Positions 38,101-49,289 of a DNA stretch of 64,000 bases are shown piece by piece (position 1 is the first letter of the stretch; each line of letters opens with the position of its first letter). The translations under genes and the position numbers were made by a program. Source of the DNA: Dimorphilus gyrociliatus (taxonomy: Eukaryota > Animalia > Annelida); assembly GCA_904063045.1 (NCBI GenBank), contig CAJFCJ010000037.1:1-64000 (forward strand), written 5' to 3'. The notes under the pieces are model-generated. The model searched no databases. It was not told the origin of the DNA and worked only from the letters and a program-made list of their open reading frames with translations.

Positions 38101-38400
38101 TTCTCTTTGTTGTTAAACTGTTGAATAAACTTGATATAATTTCTATACAATACACCAGAAAATGGTCACAGGGAGATAAGAAATTGGAAAAATTTTGATA
38201 ATATGTGAAGGACTTCAACTGCCAAACATTTTTTTTGCAGATTGTATCTCAATATTCTTTTTTTCAAAAAGTTGAATTAAAAGGTAGAGGATTGTTTTGT
38301 AAAAGAAATTAAAGATGGACATTGGCTGTTATAGAATCAAACTTTATCAAAGGATGTACAAATGGATTATCTATTCAACAACTGGTTGCCTCATATTACA
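32167..38400 (-). CDS. Multi-exon protein with several degenerate MAM domains and a PAN domain, interrupted by repeats
   Basis: MAM-like motifs CPYKNFCGF, ANLFSPIYD...CLAFF, ASIEDISILDKPC, HCNFQNKNLCD, FCLNF (32.2-33.6 kb) and at 35.1-35.6 kb; PAN-like DCKFICSNINNCKSF...CYLFS at 37.1-37.4 kb. One gene vs several, and intact vs pseudogene, are unresolved. Confidence 0.45.
33628..34030 (+). repeat. 403 bp inverted repeat, right copy
   Basis: Starts TGTGCACTTAG; ends abruptly against the 3' end (tgtac) of the type B copy at 34031. Confidence 0.95.
34031..34710 (-). repeat. Family R type B copy
   Basis: Homologous to 31167-31850. Confidence 0.7.
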
Positions 38401-38985
38401 AAGATAGAACAAATGATATCAAATTAATAAGAATGAAAAATTAATGTCAATTTTTTCAATATATTATTGTAGGAATTTCACTCTCGTCCCAACCATATTT
38501 GTCTGTATTGCTCATTTAATAGCACAATAAATTGTGAGCCAAAGAGAATTGACCTCTGATGTCTAAGCAAGCAGTTTGATAAATATTTAATATATAACAA
38601 TTTTGATGTAATGTAATTTTCAAATAGATCAATCAAAATGTCCAATCAGGATCATATTGTGTTTCATTGAATACTGGTAATGTGATCTACAGCTGAAGTA
38701 GGTGTATATGTGGGTGAATAATGATTTATTTAATGCATATATGGACATTTTTCATAATATTAATCTGAAAAGTATCAAATATTCATCACGTGATTTTTAA
38801 TATTTATAGAAGATTTTAGAATGCTCATTTCCACACTTAGAAATAGCTATTGTACATTTAAACATGACGATATCAATATTATGTAGATTTTAAGTATAAA
38901 GCAACTTTAGAATAACTTCTATTACCTAGGAGTTAGAATGATAGAATTTTAGAACGACTTCTATTTTGCAGGAAATAGATTCTTT

Positions 38986-39189
38986 GGGGTCGATAGAAAA
39001 CATCCACAAATGAAAAATTTCAAGACAAAAAATTTGGATTGAGAAATGGTTAGGCAGAAGAAAACAGCAACTGATTTGTAGTTAGGAGGGTCTCCTCTAA
39101 GGGTTACGGGTTAGGGTTAGGGTTAGGGTTTAGGTTAGGGTTAGGGATAGGGTAAAAGCACTGATTTGTGGACGTTTTCTGTTGTATCC
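38986..39189. mobile_element. Mutator-type MITE with an expanded (TTAGGG)n tract, inserted in a family R fragment
   Basis: TIR GAAAACATCCACAAAT / ATTTGTGGACGTTTTC; core ttaggagggtctcctctaagggtta; about 7 TTAGGG-like units at 39105-39152; imperfect tctttg flank duplication. Confidence 0.8.
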
Positions 39190-39549
39190 CTCTTTGAGAT
39201 CCACCAACAGAGAATAGCACATACTTTAAATACTGTGTGTACAAGATTTAAGTTAACTCATATCAATAAATTACTCAATAATTTTGTTTCAATTTTATTT
39301 ACAATTCCTGTTGTTACTCTCACACTGTGCTCTTCATTTTCTCCCCTTTTATACCTTCTCAAATTCATTCATGTCATTCTATGAGGCACTTGACTCTACT
39401 CACCAATGTTGATGGTGCCATATCTGTGGTATTAACTTGATTCCAAATCAAGTATGGCTTGACAAATTCCAATGTTCACAAAAACAAAAGTAACATTTTA
39501 AACCAAAGGAAAGTTCTAAATATGGTCATGTTTTTATTGTTTTTCTCTC

Positions 39550-40255
39550 TGTGCTCTTAGAAACATCAACATAATAATATTTTGACTTAGATATTATAGA
39601 ACTTTAGAAAGGGTTTTATTTCATAGCAATTATAATGGGGGAAGTTTAGAAAGATATTTATTTTGGTAGAAAATACAGTCTAGAACTTTAAAAAGGCTTT
39701 TATTTTGTAGGAAACATATTCTTTGACCAAAACAGGTGTTGCATTATAGAATTAACAATGGAACAAACAATATAGAAAAAATTCATGTCAAACTTGTTAC
39801 ATCCTATTCAAAAACACAGACAGGCTTATTTTTGCAGTGCCACATGTTAGCCAGAAGTGATGCATTAGTTTTTTATGTCTTTGTTATATGTGCATTGTGA
39901 GACTGTTACATTTCAACTTTGTAATCTTTTGACCAAGTGAACCCAAGCTTTGGTAAATGTATAAAAGGAAATACATTTCCCCAGTTTGGCAGTTCAGTTC
40001 TTTAATGGTTAACTGGTTGTTTAAACTTGCTAATTTAGAACTAGAAACTCATTTACTCAATACATATCCTTTAAATGAAATACTGCCATTTTGTTGATTA
40101 ATTTCTACCAAAATTACATTTTTTAAGACTACTTGTGGACGAATTTGGAAGGTTCTATTTGTGTGAGTACTTTGGCACATTGGTAAATGATTGGAAAGGA
40201 CAAATACTGTTCAGAAGAAGCAGAAATTCCTACAATTACAATACAACAAAGTACA
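39550..40255 (+). mobile_element. Longest family R type A copy (~706 bp, TGT...ACA; possible LTR of a second family)
   Basis: tgtgctcttag start, subterminal tattt(c/t)gtagg repeats, cacatg, TATAAAAGG/Inr, end aaagtaca; no TSD or PBS. Confidence 0.5.
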
Positions 40256-41068
40256 AAGAATATGTTAACTGTACACACTGTACAAATGCTATTCTTATAA
40301 GAAAAAAAACAAAACTGGTAATATGATGTAAGAATGGAAAAACTTGCATATCCTTAAAATCTCTATCCATACATAAATCTTCCATTCCTACCTATTGTAT
40401 AACTTTACCATATTATCTGGTACATAGGACTCTTGAAGTTTTGCCATTCTCTCTGCTTCATTTCATATTGACTTATTGATGACTTGGGATGTTGTTCAGT
40501 AATTGTTTCTTCCATCTTTTCAGTCAAGTTGTTATTTTTGTTGTATAAAAGCACACAACAATGTTGGTTGTTACTTATTGAGATAAAATGTAGTGGAATA
40601 AATAGAATAAAAATCTGATGAAATAGCAATTAGAAACATTAGCACCTATCAATGTTAACTTCAACTATGGAAAATGATACTCTCTCCTTGAAGTATAAAG
40701 CTCTCAATGATAACTCAAATTTTAAAAGCTTATACAAAGAAATCAAAAAGGAAGATAAGTAATTTTTAAAAATCTTGCTCCATCTGGCATTAACATTTCA
40801 TATATCAGATGACATGACTAGGGAGATAAGATTTCTCTCTCTCCACAAGCAATTTTCGCTGTTATCTTTATAATACTCAGAATTGTTGCATTTCATTCTT
40901 CGATCAATGATGATTTAAAAAAGTGTTAGGATTTTTAAAATAAATTTTAGTTAATTAACCCAAAAGCAAAGCTAATAAATGTTTTGTATATTAAAAGTTG
41001 ATGAGTTCTTATGGCTTACATATCATGTTATGATATGTTTGTTAAACAAGAAAATTACAAAGGCTTAC

Positions 41069-41543
41069 CTTTAATTTCTTTTTTTTCATAATGAGTATAT
41101 ATTGTTGTTGTAATAAAAGATTGAGGTCTTGTACTTTTGGTTTCAGAATTAAGATAACATCTACTTTGGGTTTCATAATAATCTATTCCTCTTTTGGAAA
41201 AGGTGAACAATTTACAAATCTTTCAAAATTGAATAGAAAACTAGACTAATAATCTTACTTGCAAATAGTATATTTATCACAGACTTTTTTACAAATTTCT
41301 ATAGTAAATGTACCATATGAATCACTTCCAAATTCTTCAACCATTACATTAAATCCAGCTAAATACCTAAAAAGAGTTTTTTCATAGATATAGGCTAAAA
41401 AACACAAACAAGAAAAATAAGGCTAGAGTCCCGGACCAATTTGAATATTTTAACAAATACCAACCTGTTGTTATACATAAAGTATAAAGATGAAAAGAAA
41501 GATATAAAATTTGAACAATTTTTTTGATATTAATATCAAACAT
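41069..41543 (-). CDS. PAN/apple-domain protein (first 3 exons; 3' part unresolved)
   Basis: Hydrophobic leader, then spliced YEKTLFRYLAGFN...TIEICKKVCDKYTICK|GIDYYETQSRCYLNSET...THYEK, ending at a gtaag donor. Confidence 0.6.
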
Positions 41544-42592
41544 TTTTTTGAATCTTGGTTTCCAAAAAAAAAAATAGTAAATAGACAACTTATTGTTTGC
41601 TTGGAGAAAACTTTTTTAGTAGTAAATATTCCTTGAACTTTTTCAAGATTTATTGAATTATACTAAGAAATAATGTAAATTGAACTAAGCGCATCAATTA
41701 AATAGTTAAGTATATAAAAAACAGTTGATATAGATAAATAATAGATGCTGTCATTTCAATCAATCAAGATGAAATATTGTCATCTATTTTCACTCATATC
41801 CTAGTCTTAATAAATTTTATCTGTAAGAATGTCTATGACTAATTGTAGAGCAGTATTATTCTTGAAAATTCATCAAAATTCAGCAAAAAGAGATTATCTA
41901 GTTTGGAAACTAATCAAAACACACACACCTGAAATTCTTCATTGATTACAGTTAATCATGATTTATTTAAAATTTCAATAGGTTGATAGGCAGGTGAATA
42001 AATATAAATATTCATAATTGATAAAGTTTTTTTGCTTACAATAAAAGTTCATTATATCCTAAATGTAAGCAGATTTGTTATTTTAATTACTCTCGCTCTA
42101 AAGGGAATCCATTTAATTTGAATCAAGAAGAAGAAACTAAATAAATCTATAGAGATTTGTTTTTAAAAGATGGATTAGTCAATAAGAAAACTGAATGGAG
42201 GTTAGGGTATTGTACCATTTGCACTCTAAACCAATCAATGTGTATTAAATTCATTGTACTGCTACAGCTTGTAAAAACATCCCTAGGGAAAAATGTCCTA
42301 GGGTGAGAATAAACATCCCGGAGACCAGGACAGGAGAGGATCAATTAACTAAGAGAATTCACAGTGGGCAACAGAAAATGTCTTCAAAAGATGGAAGATG
42401 TCCTCAAAAGGACAAAAAACACATTCAATTTATTTAAAAAAACTAATGAGTTTATACGATTGCAATTCAAACTGAATGTTACAGACTTTATTAAGAGAAT
42501 GAATAGAGATTGTATGAAGAAATCAAATAATTTAAAAAATTACTTTGTGTTTTTACCCTAACCCTAACCCAGCGCTACACCTTGCCTCGATT

Positions 42593-44562
42593 TCAAAATT
42601 CAGATTGATAAAGAATTACAAGACTTGAAGGGAAATCATTAGATGATATGCATCCTTTGTATTTAATTGCCATTATATCTCCTTTGTTCATATGAACAAG
42701 AGCGCCTTTTGTTAAAAACTCGGCACTTGGATGTTCTGTTGACGATTGTATCTGGCTAGATATTTTCTGTCCATTCACATCAATGTAGGTATTGAGAGTA
42801 TTTAAAGATTGAACTGACACAGTTAAATCAACATAGTAAGTTCCGCTAGCTGGCGCTGTAAATGTATTGTAGAATGCATTCCAAGCTCCTCTGGTGTTGT
42901 CTAATCGAATCAATTTTAATGGGACATTCTCATATGTAGGATGGGAGCAGATCCTTCTCCTCTCCATTAACAAATAGATATATGGTTTGGTCGAATTAAG
43001 CATGAATGCTGTAAAATAGGTTTGTAAAGCATTGCTAGAATATAAACCATTTTCCCTTCTTGTCTTCTCCATTGCCAAGATGCTATTTGTAGACAAATAG
43101 ATGAGACAACTTCTAGACAATTGATCGTAAGTAGTACCGTAAGGATTCGCTCTTGATAGACCGCAAGATGTAAGAACATTCTTTGGTTGTATTAAAATTT
43201 TTATAGATCCTTTAGGCAAAACGCCAATTCCAAAATTTATAAAGTAAACACCTGGCTTTTCAATTTTGAAACTTGACAAACTTCCTCCAATGTTTTTCCT
43301 TAGAAATATCTCTGGAAAACTTATAACAAGGCCATTCGACGTAAATGGAGTTCGACGGCCAGCAAACACGTACGCTTCCGTTTCATAACGAAAACCGAGC
43401 CACGATGTTTCTCTGCCACTGTCAGTTGAAATAACATCTGATTGTTCATCGCCTTGATGTAAAGTTACTGATGCAGATTGTCTATGCTCTATCAGTCCAC
43501 TTCTTGTTATCATATTTATTGTTTTTACACCATTTCCTCTATTTAGACCAATACTATTGTTACTGTCCAACATCATAGTCATATCAATTTGACTATTTTC
43601 ATCAGTAGTAGCAGAGATTGAATAGAAATAGATACCTGATTTTCTTATAATTAAACTTTGACTATTTGAATCAAAAATATTTTGTTGATTGACATCAACT
43701 GATGTCCAATTAATTTTTCCATTTTTTAGAGTTGTAGGTTTGACTAAAGACACAGAAAAAGCGGAATCCCCATTACTTTCACAAGCAGATGGACTGCAAT
43801 TTTGCGTTTCTACCGATAGGCCTAAACAGATAAGATTCTCAGGAAATGGATTTTGTTTGTTGCAACTTCTTGTTCTCTTTCGCTTTCCTTTCGCTGAGCA
43901 TAATGGCCTGCATCTAGTCCATTCTGACCATTCAGACCATTGCCCAAGAACTGGACAAATAGCCCTTTCTGGTTCAGTGCACATGGTGACCACACCTGTC
44001 TTTCTGTTGATGGATGGATAGAATAAAAAGTCTTTAGGGCATTTTTGAGGCCAAGCTACTTCATTTACACAGTGAAAATACATTTTACAATCTATCCAAC
44101 TAGCAAGAGTGTGGTTTTTTTCTCGAGTACATTCTGCTGTCGACTTATAACAGGGCGATTGTATGTCTTGCTGATAGGCAAGGCACAGAGGATACGTATC
44201 ATCTGTAGAGTAGTATTGTTGATTTGATGGGCAATTCGCAAATTTAGGTTCAACGCAATCTACAGAATCAATATCTGTAGTTGTATTTTTAAAGAAGAGA
44301 CCAGGCGGACATGTGCGTCAATAGGCTGTAGAATCTATGCAATGATAGTAGATATCGCAAAACACTGGATCCCTAAAAACTCCGTCCATTGGTTGTTTAT
44401 TTGCAAAAGTAGGGCATTGAAATGTTCCAAAACCAATATGGAATAGAATGAAAAAAGCTAGAAAAAATGGGATAGATTACATTACTTTTTCATTTCTAAA
44501 AAGTGCACAATAGACAGAAAATGATAGTACTCACAAACTAGATGTATTAAAAAATTGTTCAT
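42593..44562 (-). CDS. Secreted 2x chitin-binding (CBM14) + TSP1 + 3x gC1q protein; in-frame TGA at 44318-44320
   Basis: Signal MNNFLIHLVSFFILFHIGFG (2 exons); CDIYYHC...CPPGLFF and CKMYFHC...CPKDFLF; WSEWSEWTRC...RKRTRSC; three C1q-like units (SGIYFYS, PGVYFINF, APASGTYYV). Confidence 0.8.
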
Positions 44563-44991
44563 CTTCCAGTCTTTCCCTCTCTCTCTCTTTTTATTTAAAT
44601 TTCATGAATTTTAAACTTTTGGTACTCTCTTATATAGCCAAAAATTTCTACTCCATTATCTCTATATAATCAAGATATGAACTGATTAGAAGTAATGATC
44701 TTTAACCCAAAATATTAATCACTACAAATAGATTGTTGCTAGAACACACTCATCAACATTTTGTATCTATTTTACACAGTTTTTGCTAAAAAAATTAAAC
44801 TCTAACCATGCATTTTATCAATTTATATTGCGTATTGCGCAATATCCTTAATAAAAATGGTTCTACTTGATTACCTATTTATTTCTTATCATTTACATTT
44901 TATAAGTAATTTATTATTACTAGATAACTACTTGTCCTATCTATTTGCTTACGATTATTGTAATATATAGGTTCCGTTAAATGTTGAAATC

Positions 44992-45267
44992 GGAATCGAC
45001 AGAAAATGGTCATTTTTGGGAAAATTTGCCATTAAGGTTCAAGTTGAATTTGGGTTTGGAAAAATAAATCAACTGTTGTTTTATTGTTAGGTGGGTCTGA
45101 ATTAAGGGTTAGTGAAAGTAAAGAGAAATAGCTAAGCCCTTGTAATTGTCTAACCTTTTTGAACCCCTATAAGTACATATCAATGCTTAGCTTATCCTTC
45201 CTAACCATTTGCCAACCCAAAATCCAACCTTGAAATATTTCATTTATGATCATTTTCAATCTGTCCC
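44992..45267. mobile_element. Diverged member of the TTAGGG-core MITE family
   Basis: Ends GGAATCGACAGAAAATGGTCAT / ATGATCATTTTCAATCTGTCCC; core gttaggtgggtctgaattaagggttag; 3' part aligns with 2840-2912. Confidence 0.6.
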
Positions 45268-46727
45268 AGAACTTTCACTTTCAACTTTAGACAGTTGTGT
45301 ATATTTCACATTTTGAAAGACTAGGAAAAGTTAAAAAAAATAAAAGCCAACTGACCAAAGTCAAATTTTCATTAAAGATTATCCTTCCCATTGTTTTTAT
45401 CTGTTCTAAAAATACTTGAAGATAATGTCTTTTTAATGAAAGGTAAGCACTTTTCCAGAATATTAGAAATTCTTAAAAAAGAATACAATTGTTCTCTGAT
45501 TTGCAAGAATTAGGATGACATCAGCTTATTGTAATTTTTTTATCAGTTGAAGAGCAAATGTCCTGATAGAAAAATTGAAAAACTTCATACTGCAATTAGT
45601 TACACTTGATTGTGAAATGTTTATAGGCAAAAATGAAATATTGAAATTGATAAGTGTTTTTTTTTTCTATTATAATATGATACCAATTACTGCCACTAGT
45701 TCTGCTGACTCAGCCTTTTTAAGGTTCTAAATAATTTGTTGCCTATTTAAGAATGAAACAACTAAATTCTACTTTCCTTTCTAGAGCAACTATGGCTAAT
45801 GGATTTGGTTTAGGATACTTAAAAAAAAAGACAAATAAAAGTTAAGTTCAATGCTTAACAAAATGACAAAATAATTGGGTAAAACCCATATATTTTGGGA
45901 CTTGTGATAAAAAAGAGAACAACCTATTTAAGTCAATTCCTCTTGTATTTTTTTAAAAATATTTTGAACTATTAAACCAAAATGGTAAATATCATTTTTA
46001 CAATTTTTAGCATCTTTCACAACAATGCTCTTTATTGGAAAAACAATGAAAAACTTTCCATTTGACTTCTAAAAAGAAAAAGATGAAAAAAAAAATCTAC
46101 AACACTTTTGTTTTTTTTAAAAATATTTTCCAACTTTTATTGAAAGTGTTGTGGCTGTAAACATTCCATTTAAGGAGAAATTTCCAATATGACATAAATT
46201 TAGTAATGTAATCGTTTTCTTCAAAATTTTGAATCTTTCATAAAAAGATAAAGACGTAATTATATTTTCCAGTTGATAATAATGAGTCAAAGAATTGCAT
46301 AATATATTATTATTGCATTTTTCTTTCAGGTATGTCATTTCTGTAAAAATTTTGATTGGATTTGTTAATATTTGAATTCTATCTCTCTTTCTTTCTTACT
46401 TTTAATATCAAAAGACCTTCTCCATGTGTTAAAGATTTTTTCTCTATTTACATTATTTAAATGAATAAAGAGTGAAAATTTTGTCTCAAGGTTACAGAAA
46501 ATACAAAAGGATTTTCAGATATTAGCTTTTGGTTTCTTAACATGTTTAATTAATGTTGTTGAAAATTTCAGCCTAGCTTTACTTTGCTTAATTGAGGATA
46601 TTTTGAGCAAGAGTTTTGAATTTTTCATCAATTTATAAAAAATTAAATTTTTTGTCTGCTAAATTTTTGGTTTAAATCTGCACTTGTAAAATCTGTTGAC
46701 CTCTAAAAATGAATTATAATCTGTAAT

Positions 46728-49125
46728 TTACTTTTTAGATTCCATTTTCCAAATTTTCTTCATCGTCTTAATTAGAGATACGAGTGAAAAATAAAAAGAA
46801 AATACAAAATTACCAAACAAATGCAAAATTAGTTGTAAAATTTGAAAAATGATTTCCGACATCTGTTCAAAAAATATTATTATTTTTCTATTGAAAAATT
46901 TAAATGTTTGAACATTGATAGTTTTTTTTTGCACTTACAATAAAGTTGCTGAAAATTTGATTGAAAAGTAGAAATGTAAAAAAAAGTATTTTACCAATTA
47001 AATGCTTTCTAATGTCAAGGTCAATCTTTGTTTTTGATTTTGTAGCTATTGTAAAACTGGTAATTATGATAAATAGCACGTGTTCGAATATTATTAAAAA
47101 GAAAAAACAAAGTAAGAATGGGTTAGTTAAGGAGTTTTCTTTAATTCTAATATGAAAATATAGACAGTACTTTGACAATGAAAATGCATCTAACTAGAAA
47201 GATTTGAATTTTTGTTCAAAAATATTTTCCATGTTCAAAATTATATTTTTTTATAAACTAACTGAAAAAAAATTCCATAAGAGTAGAGTATATTTCAGTA
47301 ATTGAAGTAATGGCAAAACTAAATATAAACTGGTAAAAAACCAATTATTAAATGTTTTACTATCTCTAAATAAACTTCTCAGAATGCAACAGTAAATCAG
47401 TCCTATAATACTTGTTGAAACACCGGAAGCAAGTTGTAAGAATATACAAATTGGCTTTTTCATAAATATTAAATCAATAGTATAAAATACATTTCTATTT
47501 TGAATATTTAAAATTAAAATGGAGAAAAAGTAATATATTTGAAAATTTTCAAAAATTAAAATTAAAAAATAGTGTGTTTTTTCAATGGACTTTTTTAATA
47601 TAAAAATCCAATTGTAGAGTGTAAAAATGAATGAAAAAATATGAAAAATGCTTAGAAGCCATATGATTATTTCTAAAAATTGAAAATGTATCAAATTACT
47701 ACAAAAATGTGATAAAAGAGTTTTTGGCTGGCAATTGTCATCTTTCAAATGTTTTAGAATACAACAAATTCTTTCTTCAGTTGAAAAAAATTTTTCTAAA
47801 TAAATATTTTTTTTTAAAATTAAAAATGGTTGAAAAGATGAATATTGCGAAATAATTGATTTATTCATATGAAATTCTACAACACTACTCAAATGTTTTA
47901 ATGAAAATTTATCAATATTTTTCAAGAAATTATTTGTAAAGATGAGTATTTTTAATGATTTAAAATTTTGAAAAGTATTTATTGATATATTTTGAATTTT
48001 TGTTTTTGACAAATTCAAACAAATTAATACTTGAAAATTTTCGTTCGAATTCCAATCTAAATATTTTAAAGGATTTTCACTTAAAGATAAATTTCTTATA
48101 TTTCTAGGTTTAATATAATTTAATAATATGCTGAATTTATCTATATTATTCTTTGAAAGGTCAAGGACAACTATATTTGGAAATAATGACAAAATTTTCC
48201 ATTCTCCACCAAACATTTGATGATTATTTGTTAAATTGTTAAATTTTAAAAATACAACATTGTAATATTTTTCCTTTTGATAAACGTTCAATTCTCCATT
48301 TTGAACAGTCAAAAATTTGATTTCTTTGAGAGAATCTATATTAAAAATGCCTTTTTTAGAGCAAAGTTCATCAGATTTATCAAAGCAATTTACATTTGAA
48401 TCACAAAATTGATTGTTTCTTAAACATTGTCCATTCAGGCATTTTTTCCTTTTTTTTTAAAAAAAAAAATGATGAATAAGGAAAAGTGTGTGTGTGTGTA
48501 TTGAAACACACTTACTCATCCTCCAAACAGGAAACACTCACTTTTTAACATAAAAAAACAAATACAATTAAAAAATTTAAATTGTTTCAAACAGGTTTAA
48601 TCTCTTACTGCAAAATTGTTCATCTTCTCCATTTGGACAATCTGAAACATGATTGCAGACAAGTTGAAGGTTAATAAATATTTTGTCAGTGTTGCACTTA
48701 AAATTTGTATAAGTAGAAGAACAATTGAGTTCATCTCCTCCGTCTAAACAATCAAAATCTCCATCGCACATGTATAGAGGATTTATACAAATCATATTTG
48801 AGCAAAGAAAAAAGTTATTTTGACATTTTTTAAATCTATAAAGATTTAAAGTTTGAAAATGATTGACAAGCTGATCTTGATGATAATCTTGAATTGTCTC
48901 ATTTATTAATCCTCCTATGCAGATATAATCGAAATAACTTTGTTTTGAACATAATTGCGCAAATACTTCCGGTATGAAATAAGTTTTAGTTAATTTTTCC
49001 TGTATTGACTTTGTTTCCCTTGATTTAAATTTTAAATTGTAACATTGCTGCATTTTGTCAAACATAAAATTGACAACAAATTCATCTCTATACAAACAAA
49101 ATTTCTTCTTTTATCAACTTTTTTC
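46728..49125 (-). CDS. GRL101-like LDLa-LRR-7TM GPCR (gene A); 5' part missing, possibly pseudogene
   Basis: Three LDLa modules, LRRs (LDLSKNNI, LSLSENPL), hinge ICC...CQP...CSNLI, then hydrophobic TM segments with a frame break near 47250. Confidence 0.7.
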
Positions 49126-49289
49126 TATTATACATTTAAAAGATGAATTTGGAAAGTAGGTCAACTACTTAGGCCTACCAATGAATACATAAATTTGGAT
49201 ATGAATAAAGTAAAATATTCAGCATTTTCTCCCTATTTTCATTATGTTTGTTTAGCTTTTCAGCAAAGAACTAAAATATTTTAATAATT

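Noticed and set aside
39105-39152. (TTAGGG)n as a true or interstitial telomere
   Set aside because: Short, degenerate and enclosed by MITE TIRs.
43689-44021. Antisense ORFs (also 10595-10974, 19312-19599, 20499-21003, 37261-37560, 54233-54508)
   Set aside because: Shadow frames opposite real or TE coding sequence, with no recognisable motifs.
44318-44320. TGA as selenocysteine
   Set aside because: Not a conserved Cys position of CBM14; no SECIS recognised, and repeat-like sequence starts ~20 bp after the stop.
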